From: Planctomycetota bacterium
GTDB lineage: Bacteria; Planctomycetota; JACOTG01; JAJDCM01
Reading direction: 5' to 3'
DNA: 64,000 nucleotides
Assembly: GCA_029260825.1 (NCBI GenBank)
Contig: JAJDCM010000102.1
Location: forward strand, 3,447-67,446
Shown piece after piece: positions 57,477 through 64,000 of the stretch. Both the position numbers and the translations under genes were made by a program. Position 1 is the stretch's first letter; each line of letters begins with the position of its first letter. The notes beneath the pieces are model-generated. The model made no database searches. It saw only the letters and a program-made list of their open reading frames with translations, and was not told where the DNA came from.

Positions 57477-60400
57477 TTCAACCGTCCCTTCAAAGCTACG
57501 GCAACTTGATCATCCAAGGAGCTCACGGCCGAATCGAAAACCCGGCGAAGAAACGCTTCCTCGTCCTCCTGGAATTCGGCGGTGCTACCGTTGATCGATT
57601 GTTCGATCAAGAGGGCGCAAAGATAGGGTTGAACACCAGCAAGTCGCTCGGCGCCATCAAGAATGTCTCTTGAAAGATTCAGGTCTTTCCCGCCTCGCGC
57701 CGTCCACCAGATGCGCCCACGTAATGCATAAAACTGATGGAAGGCCCAAAGCAACCTGGGATCCGAATCACTGATCTCTGGCAACTCATCGATAACACTC
57801 TTGATCTTTTCGGGAATCCTGCGCCATCGATGGACTGCTCCGTAAAGCTCAAGATCCCAGGAGTAATACCGTGCGGAAGGAAACTGCCCCGAAAGAGACT
57901 GAAGAGACCTGGACGCGTTGTCGAACCGCTCCAGTCTCCGATTGGTCACAACATCCAGATACGCCTCATAGCCAAGGAGGTAGTCGGTGATCCAGTCATC
58001 CGTTGTTCGATCGGGAGTTTCCCGGCGAAAATCAGGAACCGAAAACTCGATCGGAGGAACAAACGAAGCCAAAGGAAGCGTTTCCGCCGAAACGAGAGCT
58101 CCTCCGGCAGCTCGAAACACTTCGTTTTCAAAACTGGAGATCAGACCTTTTGAAACGGTTCCTTGCTGTCCCGACCAGGCCCAGGAGACGAACCCCTGGA
58201 TGAACCGCATCCGGTCACGATCAAGACTGTCAGCCATTCCTGTTCGAAGCGCGCTCCACCAGGCACCCTGATGCTGGGAAGAAAGAGTCGTTGCCGCCGT
58301 AACCTGAGCTTGATCGGGCCGCCCTTTCGCAAGGTGCTCGTCCGACTCATGGATCAAGTTCATCAAGGCATCGACGCCCGCGCCATCAAAGAGCGACACA
58401 TAGACCCCATCCGGCTCCATCCACTCTCCACTCACCGACGAAGAATAGGCAAGCTGATAGGTACGACCGATCAGGGATCGATCATTCGGAATTGACAGCT
58501 CCCAGTAAGTCCCCTGATCATCCCGGCCGGGGCTCACGGCGACTGCAAGAGTCTCCATTGGAACAACAAACCAATCCCCCTCACTGCTCTCCTCGGGAAC
58601 AGGAAGCAACCTGGCCCGAAAAACGTCCTCGAGACCTCGGCCCCGGATCTTGGTCACGATCGGCTCTTTCTCATGAGTGAGACCGACCCATCCTCGAAGA
58701 GGAATGCCTCCCTGAGATTCCTGGAAACGCTCGAACCGAGGTACCGGACAGACCGCGACCGAAATCTGCGCTCTCTTCCAATCCTTCCCCGCGTCCCTGA
58801 ATTCGAGCATGTACGATGCCCGATCTCCAAGATCAGAAACCGCGGCAAACTCCAGGGCAATTTGATCGCCCTTCAAGGAACTCCGGGCCGCCCAGGGTTC
58901 ACTCGACGAAGCAGGATCCTCACTCACAAACCGAAATTCAGTTCCTGACACGGAATCGATTCGGGTGGAGAGAGGAGTCAGGAAGAGGGTCTCATCCCGG
59001 TTGAAAAAGGAAATCGTCCGTCGATCATTCTCATCCTGGGGAAGAAGAGAAACGCTTTGAAATCCGACCGGCTCATGAACGCGTAACTTCCCGAGAGAGA
59101 CGTTCGAGGAAGGCTCGGGATGAAAGATCAATTCGTAGTCCTGCTCCGTGTCCAGGTCTTCCGGGCTATCCACTGTGAGAAGAATTTCCATTTCGTTGCA
59201 GCTAGCCACGGTGAGACCGCTCATCGGAGGCTCAAGGTCAAACGACCCCTTGCTCGTGATACCGAGTCCTTTCCCCGAGAGCTGGATTTCGAGGCTTCCG
59301 CCCATTCCTTCCGCAGCCCGAACATAGCGCTCACCATCGAAGATGACCGCATCGCCCGACATGGAAGCCACTCTCGACTTGAAGGGTTGCAACTCGACAG
59401 TCAGCCCGGTCGCCTCCTTGATCTTGCCGCCGTGGGTAAGAACACAGAGCTCGGCTTCCCGTCCTTTCCACTTCTCCTCGATCTTGTAGAGGCGGGAAAA
59501 GCTCAACCTCTCCCCATCCCGATCCACTCGGTCAGGAACCAACGAAACGAGCACTTCGCCGTCGGCTACCAGGCCGTAGTTTCCTCGGGTGCGCAGGTTC
59601 TTGCCGTAAACCTCGATCCCTTTTGCGGTGATCACCTGACCATCGCCTTCAACGAAATGGAGGACGGAGGGAGCGACTTCCTGATACTCGGACCGGAACA
59701 GATACGGCACACCGGCAACTCCGCCAAGAGCAAAGAACATCAGAACGACGACGGCAAGGATCGAGTTGGTTGTTCGGGAAAAGCGAGCAACCTTGACGCT
59801 TGCTCCCGTTTCTACTCCATCAATGAGAACCTCATAGCGATCCGCGGGAGCGTTCCTCGGCAAGACCAACTGAACCCCGTCCTCCGTGGACTCCAGCTCT
59901 TCAAAGTCAACCTCGTTCCGTCCATCTTCCGCCCTCAAACTGTAATGAGAGTGATCGGAAAAAGCCCGACCAACGAGCTGAAGCGGAGGGCATTTTCCCC
60001 GGGTATACAGGCGACGAGGCAAAGAGGAATCCACCCGGGGAAGAACTTGAACGGTCAGTCCGGTGGGAGCATCCGCACACATGAGGGAATAGGCTCCGGG
60101 TCGAACTCCCGACTCACACACGAGGTCCACCCATTCCGTCGATCCGGGGACGAGAGCGCGAGTCAAAGAAACCGCCCGGCCATCCGCCGAGATCGCCGGC
60201 TGTCCCTGTTCATCAACGAGTCCATAGATTGCCGTCGATGGAAGATTCTGACCGACGACGTGCAGGGAGAATCCGGATTCACTGCAAACCTGCTTGGGCT
60301 CGATCCCGCCGAAAGCGGGTTTGCGGGCCGCGACTTCAAAACACAGGGCAGTGCGAGTCCTCTCGTGAACCAGGCGATAGACTCCCGGCCCAAGAACAGG

Positions 60401-62026
60401 AATCACCCGACTCAGGCGATTCGGCTCATCCTTGCTTTCCTCGGTTCGACGGAGCCGAACGTAGCGGGAGCCATCGGGAAGAGCAATGAGAGCTCCATCC
60501 TTTTCGAGATGAACAACTCCCGACTCATGGAGGTTCTCTCCGGTCAGGGTCACGACCGCGTCTTTGCTTCCGTCTTCAATCACCAGGGGCTGGATCGTCT
60601 TGAAGACACAGTGAGGCACCGTCACAGTCGTCTCTTGTTCCACCGACAGTGTCAGGCCAGTGTCCCCCTCCCCGGTCGAAAATATGCGATAGCAGCCCGG
60701 ATGAAGAGGAGGAACGACCCGCTCCAGCGATGCCGGTGTATCGTTCCCTGAGTCGATCGGAAAGAGGACCGCAAGCCCCTCTTTGATGGCGGCCGCAGCC
60801 GAATCGCACCCTGCCCCTTCCGGGCTGGAGGGAATCTCCGCGAACGGAAAGGCCTCCTTGAATTCCAGGTTTTTGGCCTCACTCCTTCGAAGATAGAACA
60901 CACTACAGGGTTCAAGGTCGATCCCCTGAATGCTTACCAGGGAGGGTTCGGAGCCATTCGTGATCGTTCCCGGAACGAGGGAACGATACTCGGCAACTCC
61001 TCTTACCGGGATCTTGATCCCGGAGACAACCTCTCCAAGTCGATTGCGGACGAAGTCGGATCGCAAGTGACCGCGCTTTGGAGAATCAATCAAATCGGCC
61101 CACACACCGGCGAGCCCTTCTAGCATCTTCAGGCCACTCGTAGCCGACTCGAGACGCAAGGACTGGAAAACGAGGCGACATCCGGTCAGAAAATCCTCGA
61201 GGTTCATCCGGAGATTTGCGTGGCGCGCGTCCCGATCCCCATTTCCCTCGGAACTCCGGGTATTCCCCTCGACTCGAACTTTCAATTCATTCCACAGACT
61301 GTCGAACTCAGGCAGAGAATCGAGGGCCCACAGAAGAAGCCGTTTCGCCGCGCCTACCTCCGCGTCTTCATCGTATTCGTCAAAGTTAAGATAAGTCGGG
61401 AACGGTCGACGACACGACGCAACCAGTGGATAAATGGAGCGATCCTCATCGGATAGGCTCGAACTATTGAACCGAATTCCGGGAGCGAGGAACCACCAGC
61501 AAGCATTCTTCGACTCCTTCTTCTCGGTGAGAACACAGGAGGGTCGAAGGTTGTAGTGAAGGAGTCCGTGCTCATGAAGATAAACGAGGGTTGAGAAGAG
61601 AGAGTTTCCAAGGGATAAAAGGCTCTCGATTCCGTACCCGCCCCGGTCATCCTCGACCAGCGATTCCAGAGATATTCCGCGAGTGAACGTATCCTGGTCC
61701 TGGCAATACACCACTGCCACCGAGTCGCTATCCTCGTTCGAGACGACTCCCCCGATCGGGACAAGTCCAACATGAGCCGGGACTTTTCCCTGAGAAAGCC
61801 ACAGAAGTCGGCCTTCTTCATCTCCCTTCCAGGTCACCTGGTCAACGGCCGCCTTGGGGATGACCTGCACGACCCGCTCCGGTCGATCCCGTGCCGTTTC
61901 ATCTCTTGCGAGAAAAAACGTGCCGAACCCGCTCGAAGACAGGTATGAGACAGTTGTCGAAAGCTGAATGGTCCCCAGATCCGGGGAATCCGCCTCGAGA
62001 GGCTCCAGTCCGTCCTGATTGGTCAT
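57473..62026 (-). CDS. Giant single-pass membrane protein with N-terminal cytoplasmic pseudokinase (Hanks-type fold lacking catalytic Asp and DFG)
   Basis: Has a Gly loop SSGFGTFFLA and VVQVIPK (VAIK-like). The catalytic loop reads HYNLRPSCV where HRDLKPxN is expected, and DFG is absent. There is a TM ILAVVVLMFFALGGVAGVPYLF at about aa 745 and a roughly 770-aa extracytoplasmic C-terminal region. The ATG at 62026 is preceded by AGGAAAGGA. Length is 1517 aa. Confidence 0.6.
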   Translation of the reverse strand: MTNQDGLEPLEADSPDLGTIQLSTTVSYLSSSGFGTFFLARDETARDRPERVVQVIPKAAVDQVTWKGDEEGRLLWLSQGKVPAHVGLVPIGGVVSNEDSDSVAVVYCQDQDTFTRGISLESLVEDDRGGYGIESLLSLGNSLFSTLVYLHEHGLLHYNLRPSCVLTEKKESKNACWWFLAPGIRFNSSSLSDEDRSIYPLVASCRRPFPTYLNFDEYDEDAEVGAAKRLLLWALDSLPEFDSLWNELKVRVEGNTRSSEGNGDRDARHANLRMNLEDFLTGCRLVFQSLRLESATSGLKMLEGLAGVWADLIDSPKRGHLRSDFVRNRLGEVVSGIKIPVRGVAEYRSLVPGTITNGSEPSLVSIQGIDLEPCSVFYLRRSEAKNLEFKEAFPFAEIPSSPEGAGCDSAAAAIKEGLAVLFPIDSGNDTPASLERVVPPLHPGCYRIFSTGEGDTGLTLSVEQETTVTVPHCVFKTIQPLVIEDGSKDAVVTLTGENLHESGVVHLEKDGALIALPDGSRYVRLRRTEESKDEPNRLSRVIPVLGPGVYRLVHERTRTALCFEVAARKPAFGGIEPKQVCSESGFSLHVVGQNLPSTAIYGLVDEQGQPAISADGRAVSLTRALVPGSTEWVDLVCESGVRPGAYSLMCADAPTGLTVQVLPRVDSSLPRRLYTRGKCPPLQLVGRAFSDHSHYSLRAEDGRNEVDFEELESTEDGVQLVLPRNAPADRYEVLIDGVETGASVKVARFSRTTNSILAVVVLMFFALGGVAGVPYLFRSEYQEVAPSVLHFVEGDGQVITAKGIEVYGKNLRTRGNYGLVADGEVLVSLVPDRVDRDGERLSFSRLYKIEEKWKGREAELCVLTHGGKIKEATGLTVELQPFKSRVASMSGDAVIFDGERYVRAAEGMGGSLEIQLSGKGLGITSKGSFDLEPPMSGLTVASCNEMEILLTVDSPEDLDTEQDYELIFHPEPSSNVSLGKLRVHEPVGFQSVSLLPQDENDRRTISFFNRDETLFLTPLSTRIDSVSGTEFRFVSEDPASSSEPWAARSSLKGDQIALEFAAVSDLGDRASYMLEFRDAGKDWKRAQISVAVCPVPRFERFQESQGGIPLRGWVGLTHEKEPIVTKIRGRGLEDVFRARLLPVPEESSEGDWFVVPMETLAVAVSPGRDDQGTYWELSIPNDRSLIGRTYQLAYSSSVSGEWMEPDGVYVSLFDGAGVDALMNLIHESDEHLAKGRPDQAQVTAATTLSSQHQGAWWSALRTGMADSLDRDRMRFIQGFVSWAWSGQQGTVSKGLISSFENEVFRAAGGALVSAETLPLASFVPPIEFSVPDFRRETPDRTTDDWITDYLLGYEAYLDVVTNRRLERFDNASRSLQSLSGQFPSARYYSWDLELYGAVHRWRRIPEKIKSVIDELPEISDSDPRLLWAFHQFYALRGRIWWTARGGKDLNLSRDILDGAERLAGVQPYLCALLIEQSINGSTAEFQEDEEAFLRRVFDSAVSSLDDQVAVALKGRLK

Positions 62027-62180
62027 AACATCCTTTCCTCGCGTCCCTCGATCGAGATCCGACCCAGTCGGATCAGGTTTCTTTTCGGAAGGATCGGCCT
62101 TCGGCTAGAAGGCATTTCGGATGAATGAGCGAGGATTTCTCCAGCTTCGTGCGTATGAACCGGTTGAATGACCTCACCCC

Positions 62181-62246
62181 GATATCAGCCAGGTGGGCAG
62201 ATCGATATCCAAAGCTGGATTTGGTAAGGTGTCAGTTCTCGATATC
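62181..62246. promoter_or_regulatory. Three spaced CGATATC(A) boxes in the divergent lepB / pseudokinase-operon intergenic region
   Basis: The palindromic core GATATC occurs at 62181, 62204 and 62241, in the contexts ccGATATCAg, tcGATATCCa and tcGATATCAg. Confidence 0.25.
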
Positions 62247-62285
62247 AGGTAGATTCCCCTAACCTCGGACGGCAGCAACTTTTCC

Positions 62286-62942
62286 ATGTCACCTAAAAAA
62301 AAAGCCACCCCAAGTGAGCAAAAAGAGAGCAAACCGCCCAATGCCCTGGTCGAATGGCTAAAAACCGGCGTCTTTGTTTTCGTTTTCTACTTCATCTTCA
62401 CCTGGCTCGTTGCGGAGGCGTTTTTCATTCCCAGCGGCTCCATGGAGGGCACCCTTCACGAGGGCACCAAGCTCACCGCCGACCGGATCCTTGTCGCCAA
62501 AGGCTTGGTATTCAAGATGATGGGAATCGATCGGGGCGATGTCATCGTGTTCCGCTCGAAGGAATCAAAACCCGAAGCCTTCTGGCGCCGGTTCATTCTC
62601 TGGCGAGACGATAAGCCCGAAATGATCGTGAAACGCGTGGTGGGCCTGCCCGGAGAACACGTGAGCCTCAAGGGAGGCCAGCTCCATATCAATAACGAGC
62701 CGGTAAGCGACCCGGACGTCTTCAAAGAAATCCAGTACATCCCGGACGGGCACCTGAGAGACAACGGTGTCGAGGTTCCGCCCGGCCATTACCTGGTTTT
62801 GGGAGACAACAGCGGCAATTCACGGGACGGCCGACACTGGGGATTCTTACCCCAGGAGAACACCGCCGGGGTTGCAATGTTTCGATTCTGGCCACCCTTG
62901 CGGATCGGTCCTTTGACTTATCAGACACCCCCGAAAAACTGA
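62286..62942 (+). CDS. lepB: Signal peptidase I
   Basis: Has a TM anchor and the motifs IPSGSMEGTL (catalytic Ser), KRVVGLPGE, and YLVLGDNSGNSRDGRHWGF (box E). Confidence 0.85.
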   Translation: MSPKKKATPSEQKESKPPNALVEWLKTGVFVFVFYFIFTWLVAEAFFIPSGSMEGTLHEGTKLTADRILVAKGLVFKMMGIDRGDVIVFRSKESKPEAFWRRFILWRDDKPEMIVKRVVGLPGEHVSLKGGQLHINNEPVSDPDVFKEIQYIPDGHLRDNGVEVPPGHYLVLGDNSGNSRDGRHWGFLPQENTAGVAMFRFWPPLRIGPLTYQTPPKN

Positions 62943-62945
62943 GGA

Positions 62946-63851
62946 ATGACTCTCCCGACGCGAGCGGCCCCGGAGCCGCGAAAAAGTGCCGTATCCCAGC
63001 CGCCCGAAAAGGGAGTGGCCTTTGCGAGTCGAATCGCTCGCTTCAGTGCTGCATCTTCTTTTTGTAATCCAGATCTTCTTACAGCATTGGAAAGCCAGCA
63101 ACACTTCGGGAAAGCCGCGAACCCGAACGGGCTGGGACACGACTATACCGTTGAGATCACCGTTACCGGTCCCGTCCACCCCGACGGCATGATCACCAAC
63201 CTGGCCCATGTGAAAAAGGTCCTTGAAGAAGAGGTCATTGGCCCCCTTCACTGCTGCTTCCTGAACCAGGACGTGGAGTTCTTTCGCACCCACCTTCCCA
63301 CCCGAGAGAATATTACCGCCTATCTTTGGAATCGCATCGAGCCACGTCTTGAGCCAGGCGTCGTTCTCGATCGATTGACTCTCACCGAGGGATACGACAC
63401 GATCGTGACCCGCCGAAGAAAGCTCCCAACCATGATGGAAGTAACGCGCAGGTACGATTTTTGCGCTTCTCATCGCCTGCACAGTAAAGACCTGAGTGAT
63501 GAAGAGAACAAGCAGGTCTATGGAAAATGCAACCACATCAACGGGCACGGGCACAACTACGAGCTGGAAGTGACGGTTCGCGGAGAACCTGACCCACGCC
63601 TTGGTACCGTCATCCACGGGGCGCAGATGGATGAGATCATTCATCACACCATCATTGACCGGGTCGACCACCGAAACTTCAACATGGATATCAAAGAGCT
63701 TCAAGATGTGATCCCCACCACGGAGAACGTTGTGCGGTTCATCTGGGAAGCCCTCAAACCCGAGTTTGGAAGCTTTCCAGCAAAGCTCCACAAAATCCGT
63801 CTCTCGGAAACACCGAGAAATCACTTCGAATACACAGAGGAAAACGAATGA
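62946..63851 (+). CDS. Tandem-domain 6-pyruvoyl-tetrahydropterin synthase/QueD-family protein
   Basis: The C-terminal half is canonical: FCASHRLHS...CNHINGHGHNYELEVTV...VDHRNFN. The N-terminal half is degenerate: FSAASSF...GLGHDYTVEITV. Its start is 4 nt after the lepB stop. Confidence 0.7.
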   Translation: MTLPTRAAPEPRKSAVSQPPEKGVAFASRIARFSAASSFCNPDLLTALESQQHFGKAANPNGLGHDYTVEITVTGPVHPDGMITNLAHVKKVLEEEVIGPLHCCFLNQDVEFFRTHLPTRENITAYLWNRIEPRLEPGVVLDRLTLTEGYDTIVTRRRKLPTMMEVTRRYDFCASHRLHSKDLSDEENKQVYGKCNHINGHGHNYELEVTVRGEPDPRLGTVIHGAQMDEIIHHTIIDRVDHRNFNMDIKELQDVIPTTENVVRFIWEALKPEFGSFPAKLHKIRLSETPRNHFEYTEENE

Positions 63852-64000
63852 GCGAACCCGGATTCGACAAAGCGGATTGCAAGGTAGCCCTGAGCTTCGC
63901 CGACTTCCCCAATGCAAAGACATCGTTCCCGTTCCCCCTCGCCGTCGATACGCGATCCTTCAACATGCCGCTTCTTGACCTGATGAAGGACTATGGGCAC
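63848..64000 (+). CDS. 5' fragment of a downstream gene, truncated by the window end
   Basis: Its ATG overlaps the PTPS stop in an ATGA arrangement. No identifiable motif is present in the 51 codons available. Confidence 0.3.
   Translation, partial: MSEPGFDKADCKVALSFADFPNAKTSFPFPLAVDTRSFNMPLLDLMKDYGH

Noticed and set aside
1-64000. Searched for tRNA, rRNA, CRISPR arrays, IS elements or integrases, and prophage genes.
   Set aside because: No T-loop/anticodon-arm patterns, no direct-repeat/spacer arrays, and no transposase- or integrase-like ORFs were seen. All intergenic spacers are short promoter-type regions.

Overview
This 64 kb window is high-GC, densely coding bacterial DNA. Genes overlap by 4-14 nt in places, and there are many giant secreted or membrane proteins. 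I found no rRNA, tRNA, CRISPR array, transposase or integrase. By inference the content resembles environmental lineages such as the PVC superphylum or similar phyla: there are several Hanks-type Ser/Thr kinases, a kinase fused to a formylglycine-generating-enzyme (FGE) domain, FG-GAP and beta-helix giants, an IPTL/PEP-CTERM-like sorting tail, and lipoproteins.

Main blocks, in order:
1) 18-11513 (+): a type II secretion / type IV filament-like operon. It encodes two unusually large prepilin-type proteins (506 and 566 aa) after a 1287-aa Asp-rich calcium-binding-repeat protein, then two tandem GspE/PilB-type ATPases and a GspF/PilC platform protein.
2) 11540-20376: a signalling block. It holds a CHASE2 class-III nucleotidyl cyclase with an overlapping upstream lipoprotein, and divergent from these a Ser/Thr kinase with a C-terminal FGE domain that is translationally coupled to another lipoprotein.
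3) 20337-31676: secreted proteins. They are a zinc metalloprotease with an IPTL-CTERM-like tail, a 1569-aa FG-GAP repeat protein, a duplicated-domain secreted protein, a HExxH protein, and an SGNH hydrolase.
4) 31989-38120: a tailoring/glycosylation-type cluster. It contains a GT-B glycosyltransferase, a sulfotransferase, two GT2 glycosyltransferases, a 2OG-Fe(II) oxygenase, a non-canonical PTPS/QueD-like protein, and a Rieske oxygenase.
5) 38430-47747: a Ser/Thr kinase with a beta-propeller, a frameshifted TPR-CHAT gene, a bidirectional terminator hairpin, and an internally triplicated PMP-like beta-helix giant.
6) 48083-62026 (-): a long co-directional envelope operon. It runs from a 1517-aa membrane pseudokinase giant through a lipoprotein, a 1466-aa cytoplasmic giant with GrpE-like repeat motifs, a secreted protein, a TIM-barrel protein and LspA to a hydrolase lipoprotein. 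It is flanked divergently by LepB and a tandem-domain PTPS.

The best candidates for an undescribed system are block 1 (the giant-pseudopilin secretion/filament apparatus) and block 6 (the pseudokinase / GrpE-repeat giant envelope operon). The block 4 biosynthetic cluster is third.
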